Below are positions 7,809-16,219 of a stretch of 36,357 nt of DNA, one piece after another. Each line of letters begins with the position of its first letter. The first letter of the stretch is position 1. Under the pieces are notes generated by a model. That model had not been told where the DNA came from. It worked only from the letters and a program-made list of their open reading frames with translations, and did not search any database. A program made the translations under genes and the position numbers. Origin of the DNA: a virus (lineage: Duplodnaviria; Caudoviricetes); IMG/VR virus record IMGVR_UViG_3300040806_002796, positions 1-36,357 of that record, one strand, 5' to 3'.

Positions 7809-9686
7809 TTATTTTTTAATTTTCTTCCAAACTGAGTTGTTGTTTTGCTCTTCATTTTGAACATAGTTTTGGACATCCATTTCAAAATTTGGTGGAAGCA
7901 CTGTGGTTAGATCAGGTTTTATTCTTTGCTTTTGTACTTTATTCTGATTTGATTCTCCTGATCTCTCATTATGAATGTCTTTTTCTTCGCTGATTTTTTT
8001 TTTGACAGCCTCTTTCGAAACTTCTTTTTCTGCTTCAGCAATCATTTGATTCCATTGATCTAATGGCATCGGAGGTTCTTCTTGTTTTGGCACGTAGTCT
8101 TCCCAAGGAAGTCTGTCTATTATACCTTTTACAAAATACTCTTTATGTTTTTTAATTGTGTCGCCTGGATGATCATTCTTCCAGCGTTTTTTTTGATCAA
8201 AAAGTTTTTTATCTTTTTCTTCGTATATACGCAATCTTTCTCTGGCATTATCATCCAAAGGCACATCAATTGGTTCTGGTTGGTTTTGCTCTGCGTCTTT
8301 TATTAATTCATCTATTACTTCATCTGCAGGCGGTACACTTGTGTCTATTTCAATCTTTTTTTTTTCGACGGTGGTTTCTAAATCATATTTTACTTCTGCT
8401 TCATCAAAGTCTTCCATTTTTCTTTTAGCCAACTGTGATTGCATGGAGGCTTTATTTTCGTCCATTTGTTTTTTTATGTCACTTAATTTTTGTGTTTTTT
8501 TAGGCTCGTCTTTTTCACGTTCTCTTCTTGCAATGTCTTCCAGCATTTGAGATTCTTTTCTTTCGCGTTCTTGAAACTCCTTAATTTTTGCGGCACTCAG
8601 AGGTTTAGGATCTGATTGCCTTACATTAAACCATTCATCATCGTCCTCTGGTTCAGATGAATCTTGTGGCGGTGTGTGTTGAGGTTGACTAGGTGGATTA
8701 TTCTTTGGGGGCAGTTTGCCGTATTTTTCTTCATGTCTCCATTGAAAATGATATTGTGAAGCAATCAACAACAGAACTGCTAGTGGATCAAACACAAATA
8801 TGATCGTGATAATTACCCATCTCACTGCTTCTTCTAATAAGTTTCTATCTGCTTCTTGACCATACACAAATTCAGCAATATATCTGATTGGTCCCACTTC
8901 GGACTCTAATCTCATTAACTGACCTTTTAATGGTTCTTGATCAATTATTAATAGTTCTATTCTGCCTTGGGCATCAAATATGTTCTTTTCTATTGTCTTA
9001 ATCTCCACTGTGTTTTTGTCCAGTGTGTTGTTGATCTGTGCTCTTAATTTATTGATGTTTTCTTGTGCTACTGTGATCTGCTGATTAATTCTATCTCTTT
9101 CTGCCTGTTGGCTCTTACGCACTTCCAAACCACGTTTGATATTGTCTCCTTTGAATACTCCTTTACCTTGATCTGTGTAGGCTTTGACATCTGCATCTAA
9201 CACTTCCAATCTCTTGTAAGCATCATCTATCTTCTTTTGTTCTATTGCGATGTCTTGATTAAATCTGTCATTTGAGCCCGTGCTTTGCCCTGTAAGACGT
9301 TCTAGCACACCTTTTTGTCGCTCTATGTAACTGTTTTCGGCTCTTACTTTGTTGTCTATGATTTCGATTCTTTGTGTAACTGTGTCTGAGGATAGGTTTT
9401 GATCCACGTGTGCTTTGGATAAGAATCCAAATATACCCATTGATGTTATAACCATCAACACAAACACTGCTATGGATAGATAAGTTTTAAGCCACCATTT
9501 GGCTCTATTCCAATTTTTATGGAGCCACAGTGCTGTGATCAGTTTGCCCACTTCCAACGATGTACCCATAATGATAATGGGAACAGCCGCCGCGGCAAAT
9601 ATAGCCACAAGTCCTGCCACTGAATAATAAATGGCAACTCCTGATATAGTAAGGGCTGTGAATAATACTAACAATCCGAAAAACAT
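7809..9686 (-). CDS. Large membrane protein with coiled coil and low-complexity tail
   Basis: Three N-terminal TM segments, a long coiled coil, a fourth TM (VFDPLAVLLLIA) and an acidic, Pro-rich C-terminus. Confidence 0.75.
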   Translation of the reverse strand: MFFGLLVLFTALTISGVAIYYSVAGLVAIFAAAAVPIIIMGTSLEVGKLITALWLHKNWNRAKWWLKTYLSIAVFVLMVITSMGIFGFLSKAHVDQNLSSDTVTQRIEIIDNKVRAENSYIERQKGVLERLTGQSTGSNDRFNQDIAIEQKKIDDAYKRLEVLDADVKAYTDQGKGVFKGDNIKRGLEVRKSQQAERDRINQQITVAQENINKLRAQINNTLDKNTVEIKTIEKNIFDAQGRIELLIIDQEPLKGQLMRLESEVGPIRYIAEFVYGQEADRNLLEEAVRWVIITIIFVFDPLAVLLLIASQYHFQWRHEEKYGKLPPKNNPPSQPQHTPPQDSSEPEDDDEWFNVRQSDPKPLSAAKIKEFQERERKESQMLEDIARREREKDEPKKTQKLSDIKKQMDENKASMQSQLAKRKMEDFDEAEVKYDLETTVEKKKIEIDTSVPPADEVIDELIKDAEQNQPEPIDVPLDDNARERLRIYEEKDKKLFDQKKRWKNDHPGDTIKKHKEYFVKGIIDRLPWEDYVPKQEEPPMPLDQWNQMIAEAEKEVSKEAVKKKISEEKDIHNERSGESNQNKVQKQRIKPDLTTVLPPNFEMDVQNYVQNEEQNNNSVWKKIKK

Positions 9687-9718
9687 AATACTTTGATTAA
9701 CCTTTCAACTGTGTATAT

Positions 9719-10141
9719 TTACCTAATAAAACGCCAACCGTAATATGCTAGGTCTTTACACGCAGTCTCTTTGTAAAATCTAGACTTGTCTTTTTTACCA
9801 ATTTCACTAAACACAATTCTACAATAACCAGATCCTGTTGGATATGATGCTACAATTTTTACCGCACCCCACGAGTTTTTGTCTGTATTGTGCCATTTTA
9901 CAACTTTGCCTTCTTCTAGATTATTAAGTGCATAGAAAACTGTGTTTCTTTGTTTTTCTTTGTCTTGTTTGCTTAAACTGTATCTTTTTGACAGTGTGTA
10001 GTTGTACAACAGATTCGCAGAACTACTCACATTACCATAATGTTTGTTCACACTTTTATATGAATTAGAATCATTAACATTGTGGTTACCTGCACAATTG
10101 GTCAATAATATGCTACCTAACACTAGGATCAATAATCTCAT
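9719..10141 (-). CDS. Lipoprotein, 17-kDa surface antigen (RT0821/Lpp0805)-like
   Basis: Signal peptide and lipobox LTNC; ALNN..G.V.WHN...G..YCR...ETAC...WRF. Confidence 0.65.
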   Translation of the reverse strand: MRLLILVLGSILLTNCAGNHNVNDSNSYKSVNKHYGNVSSSANLLYNYTLSKRYSLSKQDKEKQRNTVFYALNNLEEGKVVKWHNTDKNSWGAVKIVASYPTGSGYCRIVFSEIGKKDKSRFYKETACKDLAYYGWRFIR

Positions 10142-10448
10142 AACTCCCGTCAAGTTTTTCACAGACATATCCTTTCTTCTTAATCATTGAACCGTTTAAA
10201 TTGATATGATAGTAGTATTCTCTGCATTCTTTGGCTATTCCGCTGTAAGCCAAAAAGTCTTTAACTCCATCATCGCACACTAAAACTTCAGTTGTTTTAC
10301 TGTCTATGACAACGCCATTACTATCAACCACATTAACCGTTTCTGTTTTTAGATTACAGTATTGATTGCTCCATGGACCACCTGCTGTTGCTTTAGCAAT
10401 CCACAAAACAGATATCAACACCACGATTGTGGAAATTAAATATCTCAT
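10113..10448 (-). CDS. Secreted Cys-containing protein
   Basis: Signal peptide, four Cys and C-terminal CEKLDGSYEI. Confidence 0.6.
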   Translation of the reverse strand: MRYLISTIVVLISVLWIAKATAGGPWSNQYCNLKTETVNVVDSNGVVIDSKTTEVLVCDDGVKDFLAYSGIAKECREYYYHINLNGSMIKKKGYVCEKLDGSYEIIDPSVR

Positions 10449-10454
10449 ATGGAA

Positions 10455-11024
10455 TTAATCCTTTGAAATATCTTTGATATCTGTTTTTATTTCTGAAGCC
10501 TGTTCAATTGCTTTATCGCTATTATACGACTTGATTAAGTCTTCAACGTCTTTTTTAGACAGTTTAATCAATACAAACGATCTGTAATTGTTAAGGCCTG
10601 GATTATAAACAGTGATCTTCTTCTCAACTGAATATGTTCTCATCAAAGTGTCACTGATAGCATTCACAATAATATCTTGTGCTTCTAACATACCAGTCAT
10701 TTGCTCTGCGGAACCTTTTTCAGTGTATTCGATAAAAGTTTTGTTGTTCATTTCTCCATTGATTCTGTCTGCAATTTTAGCCTTTGCCTTTAATGTAGAT
10801 TTTTTTAAACTCATCTCCATGTCAGGTGATACTGCTACTGCTACTGCATAATAGAAACCATTTCTAAAAATGATACCTTCCTTGCCTGTGTCTTTGTGCT
10901 TCAAGTACCATTTAGGTACTGATCTTTCTTTTTGTTCGATGGGCAATTTTACCATTGTGTTAGAACACGCCGTAAGGGTGAATCCTAAAATTGCTATTGC
11001 ACCATATTTCAAAATGTTATTCAT
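10455..11024 (-). CDS. LPP20-like lipoprotein
   Basis: Lipobox LTAC, VPKWY and AVSPDMEMSLKK..LKAKAKIADRI. Confidence 0.65.
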   Translation of the reverse strand: MNNILKYGAIAILGFTLTACSNTMVKLPIEQKERSVPKWYLKHKDTGKEGIIFRNGFYYAVAVAVSPDMEMSLKKSTLKAKAKIADRINGEMNNKTFIEYTEKGSAEQMTGMLEAQDIIVNAISDTLMRTYSVEKKITVYNPGLNNYRSFVLIKLSKKDVEDLIKSYNSDKAIEQASEIKTDIKDISKD

Positions 11025-11046
11025 TTTGCCTCCTTTGTAAGTTTAA

Positions 11047-11075
11047 AGTATATAAGAAATTGCCAAAATAGTCAA
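11047..11075 (-). promoter_or_regulatory. Sigma70-like promoter of the lipoprotein operon
   Basis: TTGACT-17 nt-TATACT. Confidence 0.65.
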
Positions 11076-11138
11076 GCACAAACTACCAAAAAAAAATGGC
11101 ATAAACATTGATGTTTTGGCATTGATGTTACCAAAATA

Positions 11139-11654
11139 TTATTTGATTACTGTGTATTCGAAGTTTTGAGTGGTCTCGTTCTTTTGGATCAACTTGGCGC
11201 CGTTTCTCAGATGAAATTTTTCAGCCATCTTGGTAAGTGGTGAAAGTGTAATCAATCTGTTCAAATGATTAGATTTCTTTATCATTTTGTACACTTCGTT
11301 CACAATCATTTTGCCACCACCTTTTTTCAAACTCCAAACTGTGTATGCAATAGCAATTGAACCTTGTATGCCTGCCCTATGAGTGGCTTGTAGATATGCA
11401 TCTTTGGATAGCACATCAAGATCCTCAACAGTTTTGGGTATTTCATTCACAAATCCAAAACACATCACAGCCTTTATTTCGCCGTCGTGTTTTAATCCAA
11501 ACATTTTCCTGCCGTAGGATGTTCTAAATTTATTGTCTAATTCTGGTCTAACAGGATCCTGAGAACAATCTACTTCTTTCAATTCAACCAGTTCTGTTTT
11601 CTTTAACCAATCAAAGTTAAACCAAGATTTAATCTTCTGTGTGGTCTTCATCAT
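11139..11654 (-). CDS. GNAT-fold protein resembling the malonyl-CoA decarboxylase catalytic domain
   Basis: AIAYTVWS, GGGKMIV, LITLSPL and AEKFHLRNGAKL parallel the MCD motifs (AIFYSIS, TLSP, FHLxNGA). Confidence 0.5.
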   Translation of the reverse strand: MMKTTQKIKSWFNFDWLKKTELVELKEVDCSQDPVRPELDNKFRTSYGRKMFGLKHDGEIKAVMCFGFVNEIPKTVEDLDVLSKDAYLQATHRAGIQGSIAIAYTVWSLKKGGGKMIVNEVYKMIKKSNHLNRLITLSPLTKMAEKFHLRNGAKLIQKNETTQNFEYTVIK

Positions 11655-11727
11655 ACTTCCTTATGTGTAATAAAAATGCCATCACTGCCACACTAAAAAC
11701 TATTCCTATAAAAAACAAACCTAACAT
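11629..11727 (-). CDS. 32-aa single-TM peptide
   Basis: Manual translation MLGLFFIGIVFSVAVMAFLLHIRKYDEDHTED fills the intergenic gap. Confidence 0.5.
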   Translation of the reverse strand: MLGLFFIGIVFSVAVMAFLLHIRKYDEDHTED

Positions 11728-11910
11728 TTATTCTCCTGTGTATTTTTTATCACCTTTGTGCCAACCCACATCTTCGAAGTTTTCACTGCTACATCTAGGA
11801 CAACAATAAAATTCTTCCAGTGTCTCGTCTTTTTCTAATTCTTGAGCAACACCTCTCCATTTACAATCCCAACAAATAAAATTCCAAAAAGTTTCTTTTT
11901 CTTCGCTCAT
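11728..11910 (-). CDS. Zinc-ribbon protein
   Basis: CWDC...CPRC. Confidence 0.6.
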   Translation of the reverse strand: MSEEKETFWNFICWDCKWRGVAQELEKDETLEEFYCCPRCSSENFEDVGWHKGDKKYTGE

Positions 11911-12290
11911 TTATTACCTTTCATGAGTGTGATTTCTGTGGCGGCTTTTCTGCCTGATACATCATCGTCATCAGCAAACACAGGCACCTGGTTGGATTTG
12001 TGCATGGTTGCTATACCTATCAATTTACGTTTTCCTGTGTAACGCATTTCTTCTCTCTTACTGCCCACACCTTTTTCCATCACAGGTACTTTGTCACCAC
12101 AAGGTACTCCTTGTCTGTCTTCTATAGGTTCGATCACCAATGTTTCTGATTTCTTTTTTCTAAACTTAATCTTGTCCAACCCTCTCTCTTTTAACCATTC
12201 CTGATGTTCCAAACGAGCTTTTCGCAGTGATGCTGTGTCGGGTAATCTGTGGTTGATTCTTTTGGGTTGTTTCAAAATAATAAATCCCAT
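11907..12290 (-). CDS. Hypothetical myovirus protein
   Basis: YTG..LIGIATMHKSNQVPVF motif, recalled from T4-like phage hypothetical proteins. Confidence 0.6.
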   Translation of the reverse strand: MGFIILKQPKRINHRLPDTASLRKARLEHQEWLKERGLDKIKFRKKKSETLVIEPIEDRQGVPCGDKVPVMEKGVGSKREEMRYTGKRKLIGIATMHKSNQVPVFADDDDVSGRKAATEITLMKGNK

Positions 12291-12307
12291 TCTAATATTG
12301 TATTGTG

Positions 12308-13042
12308 TTATTTACTGTTTGTCAAGTCTTCAATTTTTTGAAGTATGATCTTAGGATATTCTTCGTTAGTACTCCAAGCACTCAATCCAAACACCATTTT
12401 GGTAATATTGGGCTCGTATTTGTCTAGATCTCTTTCTGCTCTAAACTCTTTGTAAGCAGGATGCCTGTTTATGATTGCGATTACATCTTGCACACTCTGA
12501 CATTTTGTAATGTATTTTTTAACACCAAATCTAGCATTGGGAATAGCCGCAGGTTTCATGTGAGGCACTGTGTCCAAATTCCAGGTTCTCACACCAAACA
12601 GAGCATTGCCTTCCACAGCAAATCTACTTCTACCATAGTCTGATTCTATGATTGCCATTGCCACCAATATGTCTCTGGGTATTCTTTGATCCAGCGGTAG
12701 TGTCCAGTTGATGTAGTCTATGCAGTTGTTCATTGCCTTAACAAAAGTTTTAGGTCCATCGAATTTAAACTCAGGTTCATGTAGTCCAAAACTTTTTGCC
12801 ATCTCTACCATTCTTTTGTCTTCTTGTTTACGAATTTTTTTCTCTACAATGCTGTTTGGATTGAATGTTCCGTAGGTGTATGCTAATAAAAGAACACCAG
12901 CCAATGCTAATACTTTGTAACAGAACACTTTTACTTTGCGTACAGTTTTTTTAGAGGGTGTGATTTTTTCAATCCCAGTTTTTACTTTGGTCTCGCATTT
13001 TAACACAACATCTATGAGTTTTCTTTTATACCACATAGCCAT
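12308..13042 (-). CDS. Membrane-anchored glucosaminidase (GH73/Bax-like)
   Basis: One TM segment, then AMAIIESDYGRSRFA.EGNALFGVRTW, HPAY and WST...YP. Confidence 0.8.
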   Translation of the reverse strand: MAMWYKRKLIDVVLKCETKVKTGIEKITPSKKTVRKVKVFCYKVLALAGVLLLAYTYGTFNPNSIVEKKIRKQEDKRMVEMAKSFGLHEPEFKFDGPKTFVKAMNNCIDYINWTLPLDQRIPRDILVAMAIIESDYGRSRFAVEGNALFGVRTWNLDTVPHMKPAAIPNARFGVKKYITKCQSVQDVIAIINRHPAYKEFRAERDLDKYEPNITKMVFGLSAWSTNEEYPKIILQKIEDLTNSK

Positions 13043-13090
13043 ATATAAAGTATAAACTATTTCAAAAATAAATCAAGAGTTAATAAGTGG

Positions 13091-13357
13091 CTATTTCTTT
13101 GAGTTTTTGAGATGCTCTTTGCAGATTTCGTACCAATATTGCCCACCTTCTCTCAACAATTCATTGTCAGTACGCAGACGTTCCATTCTCTTGTGCAGTA
13201 GGTTCCATTGATACTTTGAAATTACTGTGTTACTGTCTTGGAATTTGTCTATTCGTATGAGTACATCGTCTATGATGGGGCAAGTGATATCAGGCACTTT
13301 GGGTGCTTTCTTTTTCCACTTTTGCCAAGCAGTTGTTTTCTTTTTAAGTGTAGGCAT
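13091..13357 (-). CDS. Hypothetical protein
   Basis: APKVPDITCPIID...MERLRTDNELLR; TAAATA upstream. Confidence 0.6.
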   Translation of the reverse strand: MPTLKKKTTAWQKWKKKAPKVPDITCPIIDDVLIRIDKFQDSNTVISKYQWNLLHKRMERLRTDNELLREGGQYWYEICKEHLKNSKK

Positions 13358-13416
13358 AACAGTAATATTTAGATACTGCAATTATAAACTTAAATGAATA
13401 CTTAATGAAAGTGAAA

Positions 13417-13438
13417 TGTGGGAGCCGAAACTCCCACA
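13417..13438 (-). terminator. Hairpin ending the tmRNA coding piece
   Basis: UGUGGGAG-UUUCGG-CUCCCACA followed by UUUCACUUUC. Confidence 0.7.
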
Positions 13439-13735
13439 CTTGATCTGTTCTGTTGCCCGGTAGATCTACCGCCAAGTGGCCGGTATTAAGCGGCAACCAA
13501 TTCCGCGTCAGCAAATATGCTAACTGGAACTGTCACTTCTGGTTTAAATGCGTTTGCATTTGTAAGATCCTTTACAGAGATCTGACTGATAAACTCCATG
13601 TGCTTTTATGCTCCGGTCGAAACCAAGTACACCCCCTCATAATAAACCAGATTATTATAAATGAGTGTTGGTGGAGGTGGAGGGAGTCGAACCCTCGTCC
13701 CAAAAGTGTATTGCACACACTTCAACGTCTACAGT
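13417..13735 (-). ncRNA. ssrA: Circularly permuted two-piece tmRNA
   Basis: Acceptor piece (~13735-13669) ends GAGGGUUCGACUCCCUC-CACCUCC-A-CCA; 32-nt spacer; coding piece starts GGGGGUG at 13636 (G3-U70 pair); tag frame 13557-13486 encodes ANAFKPEVTVPVSIFADAELVAA*. Confidence 0.92.
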
Positions 13736-13762
13736 GTATTTAAACAGATTGTAGATAAAAAG

Positions 13763-13963
13763 TCAAGACTTAATTTTAATTGGAGACCATCTACCATCTT
13801 TGCTTCTTATCTTGTCCGAGTGCTTTACTTCTACTGTGAATATTTTGGTGTCTTTAAAATTTTTACCGTAAGCGAATGTGAACTCATGACCGTGCTTGGT
13901 TGGCGTTTTCCAGTACTTCTGAAAATCAGAAATTGTTAATTTTTTTTTGTTTGATTTAATCAT
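13763..13963 (-). CDS. Small basic hypothetical protein
   Basis: ATG 13963, preceded by TTGACA-17 nt-TTTAAT. Confidence 0.5.
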   Translation of the reverse strand: MIKSNKKKLTISDFQKYWKTPTKHGHEFTFAYGKNFKDTKIFTVEVKHSDKIRSKDGRWSPIKIKS

Positions 13964-14016
13964 ATTGATAGTGTCATTAAAGCACAAAATTGCTATAATG
14001 TCAATAAAAAAATGAT

Positions 14017-14241
14017 TTATTTGTTACCAGATATTTCTGTAATGGTGATATTGGATGCTACTTCTCTGCCTCTGAATTCTACTAATTCATATGTTACCGG
14101 TTGGTTATCTGTTACTTCTTTGATGTTAGACTCCTTTAATGCCGAAACATGAATGAAGACATCTTTACCACCATCGTCAGGTGTGATAAAACCAAAACCT
14201 TTTGCAGAGTTATACCATTTAATTTTTCCTGTCATGCTCAT
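14017..14241 (-). CDS. cspA: Cold-shock protein
   Basis: GKIKWYNSAKGFGFI (RNP1) and DVFIHVSAL (RNP2). Confidence 0.95.
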   Translation of the reverse strand: MSMTGKIKWYNSAKGFGFITPDDGGKDVFIHVSALKESNIKEVTDNQPVTYELVEFRGREVASNITITEISGNK

Positions 14242-14280
14242 ATGAAATTATTTATCCGAAATGGGGTATTCTTTGTTATG

Positions 14281-14303
14281 TGGAGGGGAATTTGACCCCT
14301 CCA
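14281..14303 (-). terminator. Intergenic hairpin
   Basis: TGGAGGGG...CCCCTCCA inverted repeat after the Hc1-like gene; no clear U-tract. Confidence 0.45.
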
Positions 14304-14313
14304 ACAGTTGGAA

Positions 14314-14490
14314 TTACATTGAGTTTTTCTTCTCTTGTATTTCTTTTCTTCTAGTTTTTGTAGCCTTACCTAGATTACCTAGAGCCTTTCTTGCTCTAGC
14401 CGCCGCCGCTTTCACACCCTTTGTTTCGAATGCTTCTGATTCAGCGATATATGTTTCATAGGCTTGTACTATTTCTTCATGTGTTGCCAT
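14314..14490 (-). CDS. Histone H1-like (Hc1-type) small DNA-binding protein
   Basis: Below the track cut-off; manual translation MATHEEIVQAYETYIAESEAFETKGVKAAAARARKALGNLGKATKTRRKEIQEKKNSM; AGGAG SD. Confidence 0.75.
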   Translation of the reverse strand: MATHEEIVQAYETYIAESEAFETKGVKAAAARARKALGNLGKATKTRRKEIQEKKNSM

Positions 14491-15073
14491 TTGTTTTCTC
14501 CTTTATAACGTTATAAATTTCCTGCCAATCCATAACTCTCTGAACTGGTAAGACATTTTCACTATTATACTCTTTATTGTGCGGAAGGTCAAGAAGTAAT
14601 GCTACCAAACCCATATCAGCACCAACAAGAGCATTTTCTGGTTTGTCTTCAATCCAAATGTTGTTTGTGTTTTTGAATTTGGACAATGCCTCAACTTTGC
14701 CTGATCCAGTCTCTAAAAACACAAAGTCCTCAAACACGTCACCATACAGTGTGTGTAGGTTATGTTTACGCAACATAGTGGCTTTTACATCAGTGGTTTG
14801 ACTGGTAATCACGATGAATTTGTATCCATCATCGGCTAGTTTTTTTACTATTTCAACACTGCCTTCAACAGGTTCTAAATAACCCATCCAAGCAGACTCA
14901 TTGAAAATCTTTATCAAAGTAGATTTGAATCCTTCTGGCAAATGATACATCATGTCAATGTCGTAGTGACCATGACCTTTTTGTTCAAATCCGTTCAGAT
15001 TCATCCATTCATGAAATGCTTTTTCCCATTGCAATAATACTCCATCACAATCGGTAAGTATTATCTTAGACAT
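14477..15073 (-). CDS. HAD-superfamily phosphatase / 5'(3')-deoxyribonucleotidase-like
   Basis: ILTDCDGVL (DxD), VITS, conserved K and WIEDKPEN. Confidence 0.8.
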   Translation of the reverse strand: MSKIILTDCDGVLLQWEKAFHEWMNLNGFEQKGHGHYDIDMMYHLPEGFKSTLIKIFNESAWMGYLEPVEGSVEIVKKLADDGYKFIVITSQTTDVKATMLRKHNLHTLYGDVFEDFVFLETGSGKVEALSKFKNTNNIWIEDKPENALVGADMGLVALLLDLPHNKEYNSENVLPVQRVMDWQEIYNVIKEKTNGNT

Positions 15074-15371
15074 TTAAATCAGTTTTTGCTAACTTGATTC
15101 CTGAAGTGGTTTCTATATATTGAGAAGCAATTTGTTTTTCACACACAGTTAAAACCACAATAAACCTTTTAGGTAATTCAATTTCAGCATCTGGCTCTGG
15201 AGTTGCCATGAAAGGCATCAGTCCCATGCTCTGTTGCATTCTTAAAAAAGCCATTGGTTTTTTTACTATGATAGAATCTTCATTCTGTGAAACTAATCTT
15301 CCTATTATTTCTTCTCCTGTTGTCAATTTAATTGCAACAGTAGATCCATCTGTTATTTTTGTTTTCAACAT
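15066..15371 (-). CDS. Sm-like fold phage protein
   Basis: IKLTTGEEIIGRL...KKPM...GLMPF...QYIETTSGI pattern. Confidence 0.55.
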   Translation of the reverse strand: MLKTKITDGSTVAIKLTTGEEIIGRLVSQNEDSIIVKKPMAFLRMQQSMGLMPFMATPEPDAEIELPKRFIVVLTVCEKQIASQYIETTSGIKLAKTDLNV

Positions 15372-15616
15372 TATTTTCCTTCTTTTTCAAAGTGCGATTT
15401 TAAATGATCGTACGTTCCAATATACTTACCGTCCAATATAATTTGTGGCACTGATCTGGCATTTGGTACTGCTTCAAGCAGTTGTTCTTTGGTCCAACCT
15501 TCACTTATTTTTCTTTCTTCGAACTCTATGTTTTTTGATTTCAGCAAACTTTTTGCTGATTCGCAGTGAGGACACATTGGTTTGCTCCACACTATGTTAT
15601 TAGTTGTCTTTGACAT
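15371..15616 (-). CDS. grx: Glutaredoxin
   Basis: CPHC, RSVPQI and YIG.YD motifs. Confidence 0.92.
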   Translation of the reverse strand: MSKTTNNIVWSKPMCPHCESAKSLLKSKNIEFEERKISEGWTKEQLLEAVPNARSVPQIILDGKYIGTYDHLKSHFEKEGK

Positions 15617-16001
15617 CTGGTACTCCTATTACTCCTATTCCTTCTTTTTGAAGGTCTTTTATTTCTTTGTCTGTTGCTGTGCCGTATATATGATCGTCAC
15701 GCTCACCTGCTTCTGCTTTTCGGCATTCATTGGCAAAACGGTCTCCTACATTTTCACAGTTTTGTTGTATCCAACTTCTAAGATGCTTCACTGCTGTTCT
15801 TCCATTGAAGAATGCTGTGTTTTTCTTTTTGTTGGACTTGGATCCAATATTTGGAGCCATTATTGCTCGTCTAATACCTGTGTCGTCACAAGTAGGACAA
15901 GCAATCATTTTCTTTTTTTTCTGATCCAAATATGATTTCTCTGTTTGAAACCAACCTTCAAACTCATGATCATTTCTGCAGAGCAAATTATATTTTGGCA
16001 T
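15600..16001 (-). CDS. DUF1178-family zinc-binding protein
   Basis: YNLLC..HEFEGWF, CPTC, AIMAPNI, ENVGDRFA.E.RK, IYG.AT and L.KEGI. Confidence 0.8.
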   Translation of the reverse strand: MPKYNLLCRNDHEFEGWFQTEKSYLDQKKKKMIACPTCDDTGIRRAIMAPNIGSKSNKKKNTAFFNGRTAVKHLRSWIQQNCENVGDRFANECRKAEAGERDDHIYGTATDKEIKDLQKEGIGVIGVPDVKDN

Positions 16002-16007
16002 AAAGAT

Positions 16008-16036
16008 ACTATAACTTCGATTGGATTAAAAGTCAA
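16008..16036 (-). promoter_or_regulatory. Sigma70-like promoter, probably leaderless transcript
   Basis: TTGACT-17 nt-TATAGT, with the ATG 6 nt downstream. Confidence 0.6.
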
Positions 16037-16039
16037 ATA

Positions 16040-16219
16040 TTATAGATGATGTTCTGGTGGACTGCAATCTACTTCTCCACTATCTCGGTCAAGATAAATG
16101 CTGACGATGATCATCACAATACCAAAACCAATCAATCCCCAAAGGAATATTCCATCTTTAGGATGTGTTAATAAATGGAATAAAACTTCCATTCCATTCA
16201 TGGTGTTGAAGTCTACCAT
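16040..16219 (-). CDS. Small membrane protein
   Basis: ATG overlaps the nrdB stop (TAATG); one TM segment. Confidence 0.55.
   Translation of the reverse strand: MVDFNTMNGMEVLFHLLTHPKDGIFLWGLIGFGIVMIIVSIYLDRDSGEVDCSPPEHHL

Noticed and set aside
13669-13702. Stand-alone tRNA (T-arm plus CCA)
   Set aside because: There is no anticodon arm and the 5' acceptor strand lies downstream, so it is the acceptor piece of the permuted tmRNA.
13453-13939. Plus-strand ORFs of 96 and 92 aa
   Set aside because: Antisense to the tmRNA and a minus-strand gene, with no protein-like features.
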